In this document: piece by piece, positions 15,919 to 25,056 of the stretch
Position numbering within the stretch: position 1 is the stretch's first letter
Layout of the letters: each line of letters opens with the position of its first letter
Origin: Bacillota bacterium
Lineage (GTDB): Bacteria; Bacillota; Dethiobacteria; Dethiobacterales; Dethiobacteraceae
Assembly: GCA_041695355.1 (NCBI GenBank)
Contig: JBGFRB010000002.1
Coordinates: forward strand, 25,962-89,961
DNA length: 64,000 bases
Direction of reading: 5' to 3'
The notes under the pieces: generated by a model
The model's input: only the letters and a program-made list of their open reading frames with translations
Told to the model about the DNA's origin: nothing
Database searches by the model: none
Position numbers and translations under genes: made by a program

Positions 15919-15964
15919 AGGAGAATCCACTGACGCAAAATTTGGGGGTACCGTGTTTTATCAA

Positions 15965-16684
15965 ATGCTGGCCGACTATTATGATTTAATTTTCCCTCCG
16001 GAACAAAGCAAAACAGATTTTCTGCACAGGGAATTTGCCGCCGTGGGAGCGCGGCGTGTTCTTGACCTGGCCTGCGGTACGGGCACATACACGATTGAAC
16101 TGGCGCGCCTCGGGTACGAGGCCTGGGGGACGGACCTGGAGCCGGCTTTGCTTGAACTGGCTCAAAGCAAGGCGGCGCACGCCAGGGTGGCGGCCACGTT
16201 CGCCGCGGGGGACATGCGGCAGCCGGAGGCGCTGGGGCTCATGTTTGACAGTCTCCTTTGTATCGGCAATTCTCTGCCTCATTTGCAGGAGAAAAACGAC
16301 TTGGAGTCGGCGCTGGCGGCCATGCGGAGAGTGCTGCGCAGTCCCGGCAGAGCCGTGTTGCAAATTGTCAATTTTGACCGTATCCTGGCTTTGGGAGACA
16401 CGGAGTTGCCGCTGATTGAGCGGGGAGGCTTACGTTTTACCCGTACATACCGTCCGCGGGGAGAGGGGCGCCTGCTGTTTGATTCCGTCCTGGAAGTGGC
16501 CGGGAAGGGTGAGGGCGCTGCCCGCTTTGAAAACCGGGTCATTCTGCGGCCGCTCCGGCGGGCCGACTTGGAGAGGTTTCTCCTGGCGGCGGGATTTGCG
16601 GCTGTCAGGGTGTACGGCGATTTTAAGTACGGGGAATATCGGGCTGCTGATTCACAGGCCACGGTTGCCGTGGCCGAATGCTGA
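15965..16684 (+). CDS. class I SAM-dependent methyltransferase
   Basis: VLDLACGTG motif. The track ORF starts at 15773 inside vapC, so I prefer the ATG at 15965 (MLADYYDLIF). Confidence 0.75.
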   Translation: MLADYYDLIFPPEQSKTDFLHREFAAVGARRVLDLACGTGTYTIELARLGYEAWGTDLEPALLELAQSKAAHARVAATFAAGDMRQPEALGLMFDSLLCIGNSLPHLQEKNDLESALAAMRRVLRSPGRAVLQIVNFDRILALGDTELPLIERGGLRFTRTYRPRGEGRLLFDSVLEVAGKGEGAARFENRVILRPLRRADLERFLLAAGFAAVRVYGDFKYGEYRAADSQATVAVAEC

Positions 16685-16731
16685 GTTCAGACGGGAATAT
16701 GAGTGTCCCTTTAATTTTGGAGGGGAGAGCG

Positions 16732-17424
16732 ATGGAGAAGAAAGCCCTGGTTGTTGATGACGACGCCAATATCAGGGAGGTACTGAAGCTTTATCTGGAG
16801 TTTGAGGGTTTTGCCGTTTCTTTGGCCGGGGACGGCGCCGGCGCATTGGCTGTTTTACGCCAGGGCAAGCCGGACGTTGTTATTCTTGACCTGATGATGC
16901 CGGGCCAGAGCGGGCTTGAGGTTTGCCAGGAATTACGGCGGGAAAGCAATGTGCCGGTGCTGATGCTGACTGCGAGAGACGGGATGGAGGACAAGCTGGC
17001 GGGCTTCAGGTTTGGTGCCGATGATTATGTCGTCAAGCCTTTTGACCCGCTGGAAGTGGTGGCGAGAGTCAGGGCGCTGCTGAGGAGGGCGTCCGGCAAC
17101 AATGTTTTGGCCTCTGCGGTTGCAGTTGATAAAATCGGTGTGCTGGAGGTCAACCCGGAAACTTATGAGGTGCGTCTCGACGGGAAAACGGTTGAGCTAA
17201 AGCCCAGAGAGTTGCAGCTTTTATTTTTTTTCTGGCGGAACCGGAATAAAGTTTTTGACCGCGAGCAGCTGCTGGCAAAGGTCTGGGGGTATGACTATGC
17301 CGGTGAGACACGGACGGTTGACGTGCATATCCAGAGATTGCGCGAAAAACTGGAACATGAGGGCTGTGGCTACACGTTCAGAACAATCCGCGGCGTGGGC
17401 TACAAATTTGAGGTAAGTCCGTGA
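16732..17424 (+). CDS. OmpR/PhoB-family response regulator
   Basis: Receiver domain (VVDDD, ILDLMMPG) plus a winged-helix C-terminus (RTVDVHIQRLREKL, GVGYKF). ATG at 16732 follows GGAGGGGA. Confidence 0.88.
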   Translation: MEKKALVVDDDANIREVLKLYLEFEGFAVSLAGDGAGALAVLRQGKPDVVILDLMMPGQSGLEVCQELRRESNVPVLMLTARDGMEDKLAGFRFGADDYVVKPFDPLEVVARVRALLRRASGNNVLASAVAVDKIGVLEVNPETYEVRLDGKTVELKPRELQLLFFFWRNRNKVFDREQLLAKVWGYDYAGETRTVDVHIQRLREKLEHEGCGYTFRTIRGVGYKFEVSP

Positions 17425-18821
17425 AGAGCATTTTTAGCCGGCTGTTGCTGACCTATGTGCTGATTATCGCTGTTGCCATCATTTTGTTTTCCGTTTTGCT
17501 TTCCGTATTTTTGAAAGAACATCTGTTCAGGGCAAAGCAGGAAGCGTTGCTGGAAACGGGCTATTACCTGAACACCCTGCTGGTCAGGAGCAGGCGGGGT
17601 CTGTTGACGGAAGCCGAGCTTACTTTGGCTGCCAATGTTGCCGGCGAAACTGCCAACGCCAGGGTTGTGCTGCTGGATACTCCTGGGGGAGCCTTGCCGG
17701 AACATGCTGTCTGGCGGGAAACGCTGCCTGACGAGTGGCTGGCCGGGCTGCTGGAAGGTATTTTGCGGGGTGAAACTGTGGTCAGGAGACGTCAGTTTGC
17801 TCCGGAAATCGGTACCTATGTGGTGGCGGTAGGAGTGCCTTCGCTGTCAGGCGAACAGGTCACGGGCGCGGTAATTTTGTTTTCGCCGTTAAACGAACTG
17901 GAGGGATTGTTAAGGCAGGGCCGGAGGGTTGTCTGGCTCAGCGGGACGGTTTTGCTGGCTCTTGCTTTTATTGTGGTTTACTTTGTTTCGCACCGCCTTA
18001 CCCGCCCGATTATCCGCGTGAGCAACGCCGCAGAGGCCATGGCCGGCGGCAGGGAAGTGGCAGACCTGGTTGAGAACGGAAGCGATGAAATAGGTCGTCT
18101 GGTCCGCTCATTTAACGACCTGAAAAATAAACTGCACAGGATGGAAGAGATGCGCCGGGAACTGATTGCGGGCGTCTCCCATGAATTGCGCACGCCGCTG
18201 GCGGCCATCAGGGGCTTTGTCCAGGGAATGCGGGACGATGTTATTCCTCCCCGTGAGCGGCCCAGATGCCTGGAGCTGGTCTTGCAGGAGACCGGCCGGC
18301 TTACCGCCATGACCAACGATTTGCTGGATATGGCGAGACTGGAAGCAGGCGGTATTGTTATGCAAAAAAGCGAGTTTGATTTATGTCACCTGGCCAGAGA
18401 TGTGGCTGAGTTTTTCGCCGCTCAGGCAAAAAACAGAAACATTGAACTGAGTGTCTGTGGCTGCGGTAGTGAAGTTCCTGTCTGTGCCGACAGAGAGCGA
18501 ATCAGGCAGGTAATCGGCAATTTGTTGTCCAACGCCATTAAATTTACGCCTGCCGGCGGCACGGTGGGAATCAGCGTGTCCGGGGAGAAGGGTAAGGTAA
18601 TGGTGGAAGTGCGGGATACGGGCCCCGGCATCCCCTCCGGGGAGTTGCCCCTGGTCTTTGAAAAGTTTTACCGCGTTGAGAAGTCGCGGGATGTAACGAC
18701 AGGCGGTACAGGACTCGGCCTTTCTATTGCCAAAAGCATTGTCGAACTGCACGGGGGGCGCATTGAACTGGAAAGCGGCGAAAAGGGGACAGTGGCAAGA
18801 GTGTCTTTGCCCGGGAAATAA
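17421..18821 (+). CDS. sensor histidine kinase (2 TM, HAMP, HisKA, HATPase_c)
   Basis: SHELRTPL H-box plus N, G1 and G2 boxes (NLLSNAIKFT, DTGPGI, GGTGLGLSI). GTGA start/stop overlap with the response regulator gene. Confidence 0.88.
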   Translation: MKSIFSRLLLTYVLIIAVAIILFSVLLSVFLKEHLFRAKQEALLETGYYLNTLLVRSRRGLLTEAELTLAANVAGETANARVVLLDTPGGALPEHAVWRETLPDEWLAGLLEGILRGETVVRRRQFAPEIGTYVVAVGVPSLSGEQVTGAVILFSPLNELEGLLRQGRRVVWLSGTVLLALAFIVVYFVSHRLTRPIIRVSNAAEAMAGGREVADLVENGSDEIGRLVRSFNDLKNKLHRMEEMRRELIAGVSHELRTPLAAIRGFVQGMRDDVIPPRERPRCLELVLQETGRLTAMTNDLLDMARLEAGGIVMQKSEFDLCHLARDVAEFFAAQAKNRNIELSVCGCGSEVPVCADRERIRQVIGNLLSNAIKFTPAGGTVGISVSGEKGKVMVEVRDTGPGIPSGELPLVFEKFYRVEKSRDVTTGGTGLGLSIAKSIVELHGGRIELESGEKGTVARVSLPGK

Positions 18822-18823
18822 TT

Positions 18824-18879
18824 TGTTTACAAACTGTTTACATGCGGGTTGTCAGCCTGTTACATGCTTAGAGTAGAAT
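18824..18879 (+). promoter_or_regulatory. candidate response-regulator boxes plus promoter
   Basis: TGTTTACA at 18824-18831 and 18835-18842, spaced 11 bp apart. A third TGTTACA at 18858-18864. TTGTCA at 18849 and TAGAAT at 18874, separated by a long 19-nt spacer. Confidence 0.4.
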
Positions 18880-18920
18880 AAAGGCAAGCAAGACGGGGGA
18901 GCGGAAACCGGAGAGGAGGT

Positions 18921-19367
18921 GTGCTGTTGCGGAACGCAAAAACAAAGTTGCTGGCTGCGGTTTTACTGGGGGCAGTCCTGGTTACCGGTTGTGCTGCGGG
19001 AGGCTCCGGATCGGCGGACCGGGTGCCCGGCCGGACTGAAGACGGCAGGGCGGCTGAGACGGGACAGGATGGAACGCAGAAAAAGCCAGAGATTGAAACT
19101 GCGACAGACGACCAGGGAAAGCCGGCAACAGAAACCACTGCAGCCGAAAAGCAACCCCAACCCCAGGTGCAGGTGCAGGAGCAGTCAGCCGGCGCACCGG
19201 CTAAGCAGCCCCCGGCCGCTCAGGAAAGGCCACTGGTGATTGTTTCGGAAAACCCGGTCCTGGCAGATACCGGACAACTGTTGGTAGAGCTGGACAAGGA
19301 ACTGGAGCAGTTGCTGGGCACGCTTGGAGCGGCGGACGATATCCCGGAAGAAGAGTTGAATTTCTAA
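18921..19367 (+). CDS. lipoprotein with a Gln/Pro/Glu/Thr-rich low-complexity region
   Basis: Lipobox LVTGC after a signal peptide. The start may be the TTG at 18927, because GGAGG abuts the GTG at 18921. Confidence 0.6.
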   Translation: MLLRNAKTKLLAAVLLGAVLVTGCAAGGSGSADRVPGRTEDGRAAETGQDGTQKKPEIETATDDQGKPATETTAAEKQPQPQVQVQEQSAGAPAKQPPAAQERPLVIVSENPVLADTGQLLVELDKELEQLLGTLGAADDIPEEELNF

Positions 19368-19391
19368 GCTAATTAAGGAGGCTGATAACCT

Positions 19392-20060
19392 GTGTTTAAA
19401 AAAGTTATGTCAGTCAGTATGGCAGTGATAATTTTGCTGGCATCCGGCGCGTATTTCCCGGAGAATGCGGAAGCCAGAGGTCAGGGACGGATGCTGCGTG
19501 AAAAAGCCAGGGAACAGGTTAGCATTGAAATATACAAGCGGCGCACCGCTGGCCAGGTCACGGCTGAGGTGTATGGCGGAAGACAAGGACGGGAACAGGT
19601 TGCCGCTGACGTTTACGGGCAACGGAGGCGGGTTGCGGATGCGGTTTACAATCGGGTTTACACACAGCGCGAATTTGCCCGGATAAGAGTGGCGGAAATA
19701 AAGAGAAACCAACAAATTATCAAAGCGTTGAATCGCGAACTGCAGGAAAAAATGAAGCTTGTCCGGGAGACAATCAGGGAACTGAGGGAGAGTCCCGAAT
19801 CGTTCCCGGAGGAAAAAGCGGCCGCCGTGCGGGAGCAGCTGCGTCTGATCAGGGAGAACAGGGCCAGATTTGCGGAAACTTTGGGGCAGATCCGGGAAGA
19901 GCTCGCGTCGCTGAAAGAAAACAGGAAAAAACAGGACGCTCCCGGGCTGCGGGGCAATACGGACAATATCTTCGCGGTGCAGGAGGCCAGGATTCGCGTC
20001 TTAAGAGAGATGATAGCCGATACTGACGAATTGCTGGCACTGTTAAAGACGACTGACTAA
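19392..20060 (+). CDS. secreted coiled-coil protein with internal (Q)VxA(E/D)VYGxR repeats
   Basis: AAGGAGG RBS and a signal-like N-terminus. Repeats QVTAEVYGGRQGRE / QVAADVYGQRRR / VADAVYNRVY, followed by Arg/Glu-rich helices. Confidence 0.6.
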   Translation: MFKKVMSVSMAVIILLASGAYFPENAEARGQGRMLREKAREQVSIEIYKRRTAGQVTAEVYGGRQGREQVAADVYGQRRRVADAVYNRVYTQREFARIRVAEIKRNQQIIKALNRELQEKMKLVRETIRELRESPESFPEEKAAAVREQLRLIRENRARFAETLGQIREELASLKENRKKQDAPGLRGNTDNIFAVQEARIRVLREMIADTDELLALLKTTD

Positions 20061-20088
20061 GCTAATACTACAGATCTTCCACCCGAGA

Positions 20089-20120
20089 CAGAGGGGCGGC
20101 AGTTAACTGCCGCCCCTCTG
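20089..20120 (+). terminator. strong GC-rich hairpin; probable terminator with a displaced T tract
   Basis: Perfect 14-bp arms CAGAGGGGCGGCAG / CTGCCGCCCCTCTG with a TTAA loop. The T5 run begins 10 nt downstream. Confidence 0.45.
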
Positions 20121-20137
20121 TTGCCGGGTATTTTTGC

Positions 20138-20167
20138 TTGACAAGAGACGAACGAAAGAAGTACAAT
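20138..20167 (+). promoter_or_regulatory. sigma-A type promoter candidate, TTGACA-18 nt-TACAAT
   Basis: Both hexamers read directly from the sequence, upstream of cysK. Confidence 0.5.
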
Positions 20168-20219
20168 AAAACCAATTAAACATATAGGTTTATAAATATT
20201 TATGAAAGCAGGGAAGGAA

Positions 20220-21143
20220 ATGGGCCGAATCTACAACAATATTGCGGAGTTGATTGGCGGGACACCACTGCTCAGACTGCACAGAATAAACGATGGTTAC
20301 GCGGAGGTACTGGCCAAGCTGGAATCGTTTAACCCCGGTGGCAGTGTCAAGGATCGCATCGGCATTTCCATGATTGAGGCGGCCGAGAAACAGGGACTTA
20401 TCCACAGCAAGACGGTTATCATTGAACCGACCAGCGGCAATACCGGCATAGCGCTGGCGCTGGTCTGCGCCGGCAGGGGATACCGCCTGATTCTGACTAT
20501 GCCGGAAACAATGTCGGTGGAGCGGCGCAGCCTGCTCAAGGGATACGGGGCTGAACTGGTGTTGACTCCCGGCACTGAGGGGATGAAAGGCGCCATCCGC
20601 AAGGCCGAGGAACTGGCACTGGAAATTCCGGACTCCTTTATCCCCCAGCAGTTTAAAAACCCGGCAAACCCGCAGGTTCACCGTGAAACCACGGCTGAAG
20701 AAGTCTGGCGTGACACGGACGGGCGGGTGGATATTTTTGTCGGCGGTGTGGGCACGGGTGGGACAATCTCCGGTGTGGGCCAGGTGCTGAAGCCAAGGAA
20801 GAAGAGTTTACGCATCGTGGCGGTGGAACCGGCCGCCTCGCCGGTGCTTTCCGGCGGGATGCCGGGACCGCATAAAATCCAGGGGATCGGCGCCGGATTT
20901 GTCCCGGAAATCCTGGATGTCGATGTTATCGACCAGATTATCCGGGTCAGCGAACAGGATGCTTTCGTTACCGCGCGCCGTCTGGCGCGGGATGAAGGGC
21001 TGTTGGTCGGTATTTCCTCCGGAGCGGCGGCTTACGCTGCCCTGTCTCTTTCCAGGCTGGAGGAGAACCGGGGTAAAACTATCGTGGTGGTTTTGCCGGA
21101 TACCGGCGAGCGCTATCTGTCCACTGTTCTGTTTCAGGAGTAA
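20220..21143 (+). CDS. cysK: cysteine synthase A (O-acetylserine sulfhydrylase)
   Basis: PLP-lysine motif [11 protein letters not shown], plus [10 protein letters not shown] and [11 protein letters not shown] at 20220 follows GGGAAGGA. Confidence 0.88.
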   Translation: MGRIYNNIAELIGGTPLLRLHRINDGYAEVLAKLESFNPGGSVKDRIGISMIEAAEKQGLIHSKTVIIEPTSGNTGIALALVCAGRGYRLILTMPETMSVERRSLLKGYGAELVLTPGTEGMKGAIRKAEELALEIPDSFIPQQFKNPANPQVHRETTAEEVWRDTDGRVDIFVGGVGTGGTISGVGQVLKPRKKSLRIVAVEPAASPVLSGGMPGPHKIQGIGAGFVPEILDVDVIDQIIRVSEQDAFVTARRLARDEGLLVGISSGAAAYAALSLSRLEENRGKTIVVVLPDTGERYLSTVLFQE

Positions 21144-21148
21144 AAACA

Positions 21149-23122
21149 GTGAAATACAAATACAACGTTCCTCTGCTGAACGCGGAGATGCCGGGCAAGG
21201 AAGACGTGCAGAAGCTGACGCCAAACCCGGCTACGCGTCAACTGATGGAGAAAATGTCCTTTGAGGGCTGTGAAACATGTTTTGACCGTTTTGAGCGCCA
21301 GCAGCCTCAATGCAGCTTCGGGCTGCGGGGAACTTGCTGCCGCATGTGCCAGTGGGGTCCGTGCCGCATTTCAGAGAAGAATCCGACCGGTATCTGCGGC
21401 AAAGACCAGGCTTCCGTTATTATCGGCAATCTCCTGCGGGCGCTTGTGGCCGGGCTGTCGGCTCATGCCCGCCATGCCCATGAGATTTATCTCTCGATCC
21501 GGGCGGCGGCTACCGGGAAAGCTAAAATCCCGCTTAAAGGCACGGAACGGCTTTTGGACCTGGCCGGCAGGTTTGGCCTGGACATTACGCGGCCGGCGGC
21601 AGACCTTGCCGACCAGGTGGCCGGCATAATGCTTGCCGACCTGTCGCGGATGGAAGCCGAACCGATGGCCATGCTGGCTGCCTTTGCGCCGCGTGAGCGC
21701 CGGGAAACCTGGGAGCGTCTGGGCGTGATGCCTCGCTCGGCCGCTTACGAGGTGATGGAAGCGCTGCACATGACAACACTTGGCGGCTGTACGGACTGGC
21801 GGGCGCTGGCCGCTCAGGAGCTGCGGGCGGCGTTGGCTTACTGTTACAGCACGCTGTTTGGCTCCTCACTTGCCACAGAAATTCTTTACGGTATCCCTGC
21901 GCCGCGGGTGACGACCGTTAATTACGGTGTGCTAAAAAGCGACCACGTCAACATTTTGGTGCACGGACACTCGCCGGTCATGGTCGAAAAAGTCCTGGAA
22001 AAGTTAAATTCAGCGGAAATCCAGGCCCGCGCCGTGGAACTCGGCGCCGCCGGGATTGTCATCGGCGGCCTGTGCTGCACCGGGGACGAGCTGCTGGCCC
22101 GCTACGGCATTCCGACCGTGACCAATATTATGGGGCAGGAACTGGTGCTTGGCACCGGGGCGGTGGATGCCGTGGTGGTCGATATGCAGTGCGTGCTGCC
22201 CAGCCTGCAGCAGGTGGCCGCCTGCTACGGCACCCGGATTATCACCACCTGCGCTTCCAACCGCATTCCCGGTGCCGTCCATATCCCCTTTGACCCGGAA
22301 ACCCCTGAGCGGCTGGAGGAAGACGCGCTGGAACTGGCCCGCCTGGCTGTGGAAGCTTACGCGACGCGGGACCGGAAGCAGATACGCATTCCGGAGACGA
22401 CCACTGCCGCCGTCAGCGGCTGGAGCTGCGAGGCGATTATGGAGCGTTTCGGCGGGCCGGAGCAGGTGGCCAGGCTTTTGCAGGAAGGGCGGATTAAAGG
22501 AATTGCAACGGTGGTAGGCTGCAACAATCCTAAAGTGCCCTACGAGTACAACCATGTGACCATCGCCAAAAAACTGATTGCCGGCGGCATCCTGGTGACG
22601 ACGACCGGTTGCTCCTCTCACGCCCTGTTAAATGCCGGCCTTTGCGCGCCGGCGGCCGCTGATATGGCCGGCCCGGCTCTGGCCGAGGTTTGCCGTGAGC
22701 TGGATATTCCGCCAGTGCTGGCCGTGGGAGGTTGTGTTGACAACGCACGCACCTTGCGCCTGTTTATTGACGTCGCGGAAGCTGCCGGGAAGTCCATCCC
22801 GGAGATGCCTTACCTCTTCGTCGGCCCGGAGCCGGGCAACGAAAAAACGGTGGGGCAGGGTGTCAGTTTCCTGGCTCATGGAGTCAGCAACGTCATTGGT
22901 TTTCCGGCGCCCATACCGGTCCCGCTGCCGCGCAAAGTCGAGGGAGCCGCGGCGTATGACGACCTGGAGCGCGGCAGCAACGAGATAGCTGACTTTTTTG
23001 CCGGGGAAGGATTGCGGGAAAAAGTGGGAGCTAAGGTTTACACGGAGCCCTACCCGGAACTGGCCGCCCAGACAGCCAGGTTGCACATTAAGCGCAAGCG
23101 GCAGGCGCTCGGCTGGGATTAG
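21149..23122 (+). CDS. cooS: anaerobic Ni-Fe carbon monoxide dehydrogenase, catalytic subunit
   Basis: D/B-cluster cysteines CETCFDRF...CSFGLRGTCCRMCQWGPCRI. C-cluster ligand contexts VHGH, GGLCCTG, DMQCV, GCNNPK, TTGCSS and GGCVDN are all present. Confidence 0.88.
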   Translation: MKYKYNVPLLNAEMPGKEDVQKLTPNPATRQLMEKMSFEGCETCFDRFERQQPQCSFGLRGTCCRMCQWGPCRISEKNPTGICGKDQASVIIGNLLRALVAGLSAHARHAHEIYLSIRAAATGKAKIPLKGTERLLDLAGRFGLDITRPAADLADQVAGIMLADLSRMEAEPMAMLAAFAPRERRETWERLGVMPRSAAYEVMEALHMTTLGGCTDWRALAAQELRAALAYCYSTLFGSSLATEILYGIPAPRVTTVNYGVLKSDHVNILVHGHSPVMVEKVLEKLNSAEIQARAVELGAAGIVIGGLCCTGDELLARYGIPTVTNIMGQELVLGTGAVDAVVVDMQCVLPSLQQVAACYGTRIITTCASNRIPGAVHIPFDPETPERLEEDALELARLAVEAYATRDRKQIRIPETTTAAVSGWSCEAIMERFGGPEQVARLLQEGRIKGIATVVGCNNPKVPYEYNHVTIAKKLIAGGILVTTTGCSSHALLNAGLCAPAAADMAGPALAEVCRELDIPPVLAVGGCVDNARTLRLFIDVAEAAGKSIPEMPYLFVGPEPGNEKTVGQGVSFLAHGVSNVIGFPAPIPVPLPRKVEGAAAYDDLERGSNEIADFFAGEGLREKVGAKVYTEPYPELAAQTARLHIKRKRQALGWD

Positions 23123-23166
23123 CACAGTTCTGCCGGTCAGAATCAGGCAACAAGAAGGCAAAAAGC

Positions 23167-23242
23167 CAATAATTAAGTATGGTGTCCCTTAAATTCAATA
23201 ATTAAGTATGGTGTCCCTTAAATTACTGGTGTCCCTTAAATT
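23167..23242 (+). repeat. perfect 29-bp tandem duplication plus a third partial copy in the leader of the ABC transporter operon
   Basis: CAATAATTAAGTATGGTGTCCCTTAAATT at 23167-23195 and again at 23196-23224. The core TGGTGTCCCTTAAATT recurs at 23227-23242. Confidence 0.9.
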
Positions 23243-23264
23243 ACACGGGGAGGAAGAGACACGA

Positions 23265-24245
23265 ATGAATAAGAAGAATCTGTGGCTGTTGTTGCCGGTC
23301 GTGGCGGCAGCAGTACTGGCGGTTGTCTTTGCCGTCAGCCGCCGTACAGAGGCGCCTGCACCGGCTGCTCCTGTCAGCCAGGAAAAGCCGGTGCTGAAAA
23401 TCGGTTACCTGCCTATTACTCATGCCACAGCCCTGGTCATGGCTCATCAGGAGCGTGACGGCAAGTTTACCAACTTTGATATGGAAGTCGTTAAGTTTGG
23501 ATCCTGGCCTGAACTGACTGAGGCATTGTTCGCCGGGCGTATTGACGGCGCGGTGATGCTGTTTGAGCTGGCGCTGGCCGGCAGGCAGAGGGGCATCCCG
23601 CTGCAGGCGGTGGCACTTGGCCACCGGGACGGCAATGTCATGGTGGCCCGGCCTGAAATCTCATCCGTAGCTGATTTGTCAGGCAGGAGGGTGGCTATCC
23701 CCAGCCGCTTTTCCGTCCATCACATCCTGCTCGCCAAAGCGTTGCAAAACGCGGGACTCCGCTACCAGGACATCGAGATCGTGGAAATGGCGCCTCCGGA
23801 CATGATGGCGGCACTGGCCCGCGATGAAATTGCCGCTTACCTGGTGGCGGAACCGTTTGGGGCGGTTGCGGAAGTGCAGGGCGTGGGGAAAGTCCTGTAC
23901 TCGTCTCAGGAAATCTGGGAAAATTCCACCTGCTGCGTTCTGGTGCTGCGTGAGGAAGTGGTGCGTGAGCACCCGGGGGCTGCGTCGGAACTGACTGTTG
24001 CGCTGCTGGCGGCGGGCGAGGCGGCGGAGGATGATCCGGCAAAAGCCGCTGCCGTCAGCCGCCAATATTTCGGTCATGCGGAAAATATTCTGGTTCCCGG
24101 GTTGGCCAGGACGAACTTTCGCGGACTCGCGCCCAGCATCAATGAGTTTGCCGAACACCAGCAATACCTGCTTGACCTCGGAGTGTTGCAGCAGCCCGTT
24201 GACCTGCGGGAACTGATTAACGAAGAACTGGCCAAGGAAAGATAG
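23265..24245 (+). CDS. ABC transporter substrate-binding protein, NMT1/SsuA/TauA-like (NitT/TauT family)
   Basis: ATG at 23265 follows GGGGAGGAAG. Signal/TM N-terminus. LKIGYLPITHA and FGSWPE patterns are typical of the family. Substrate unknown. Confidence 0.7.
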   Translation: MNKKNLWLLLPVVAAAVLAVVFAVSRRTEAPAPAAPVSQEKPVLKIGYLPITHATALVMAHQERDGKFTNFDMEVVKFGSWPELTEALFAGRIDGAVMLFELALAGRQRGIPLQAVALGHRDGNVMVARPEISSVADLSGRRVAIPSRFSVHHILLAKALQNAGLRYQDIEIVEMAPPDMMAALARDEIAAYLVAEPFGAVAEVQGVGKVLYSSQEIWENSTCCVLVLREEVVREHPGAASELTVALLAAGEAAEDDPAKAAAVSRQYFGHAENILVPGLARTNFRGLAPSINEFAEHQQYLLDLGVLQQPVDLRELINEELAKER

Positions 24246-24278
24246 CCGGCTTTCGCCCGGGAGGAGTTGCCACAGAGT

Positions 24279-25043
24279 ATGAGAAGGACAGAACGTCTAT
24301 TCCTGTCGATGGCCGGATTTTTGACGCTGCTTACAGTTTGGCATTTGATCAGCCGGGCCGGCATTTTTCCGCCGGGACTGCTGCCTTCCCCGCTGACGGT
24401 GGCCGCTGCTGTTCGGGAATTGTGGGTGCGCGGGGTGCTGCTAATGTCTATTGCCGACAGTTTATACCGGTTTACCGCCGGTTATGCCCTGGCGGTGTTT
24501 CTCGGGGTGCCTTTCGGACTGCTGACAGGCTGGTCCCGCCGCCTTGAAGCGTTTGTGGAGCCGCTGCTGCAGACGCTTCGCCCCATTTCCCCCATCGCCT
24601 GGTTGCCGCTGGCCGTCCTATGGTTTGGTATAGGCAACCGGCCGACCATTTTTATCATTTTTCTGGCGGCTTTTTTCCCGGTAACGCTTTCAGCGATTGC
24701 TGCCGTTAAAAGCGTTGACCCCCTGCTGTTGCGCGTAGCCCAAAACTTTGGCGCCACGCCCGGACAAATGCTTTCAAAGGTTGTGGCGCCGGCGGCGTTT
24801 CCATACCTGGCGAGCGGGCTGCACATGGCGCTGGGGACGGCCTGGGTTTTTCTGGTGGCCGGTGAAATGGTGGGTGTGCGTTCCGGGCTGGGGTTCCTAA
24901 TTATTGACGGCCGCAACCAGGTGCGTTACGACCTGGTCATGGCCGCCATGGTGATTATCGGATTGCTGGGCCTCTCCATTGACCGGCTGATGCGCGCCGT
25001 GGAACTGCTGGCCCTCGGCCGCTTTGGTGCGCGCCGCAGTTGA
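24279..25043 (+). CDS. ABC transporter permease (NitT/TauT family)
   Basis: Multi-TM protein with a BPD_transp_1-like loop. The start is ambiguous between TTG 24267 and ATG 24279. Confidence 0.75.
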   Translation: MRRTERLFLSMAGFLTLLTVWHLISRAGIFPPGLLPSPLTVAAAVRELWVRGVLLMSIADSLYRFTAGYALAVFLGVPFGLLTGWSRRLEAFVEPLLQTLRPISPIAWLPLAVLWFGIGNRPTIFIIFLAAFFPVTLSAIAAVKSVDPLLLRVAQNFGATPGQMLSKVVAPAAFPYLASGLHMALGTAWVFLVAGEMVGVRSGLGFLIIDGRNQVRYDLVMAAMVIIGLLGLSIDRLMRAVELLALGRFGARRS

Positions 25044-25056
25044 AAGGAGCTTGCCG

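Noticed and set aside
15773-15964. Track-predicted N-terminal extension of the methyltransferase, overlapping vapC by 146 nt.
   Set aside because: The extension has no methyltransferase similarity and lies inside a well-supported PIN gene. The internal ATG at 15965 gives a normal N-terminus. Similar over-extensions were trimmed at 41842, 56340, 50601, 25024, 23208, 16678 and 11960.
23167-23242. Possible CRISPR array or minisatellite.
   Set aside because: There are only two full copies and one partial copy, directly abutting with no spacers. There are no cas genes. I kept it as a leader repeat instead.
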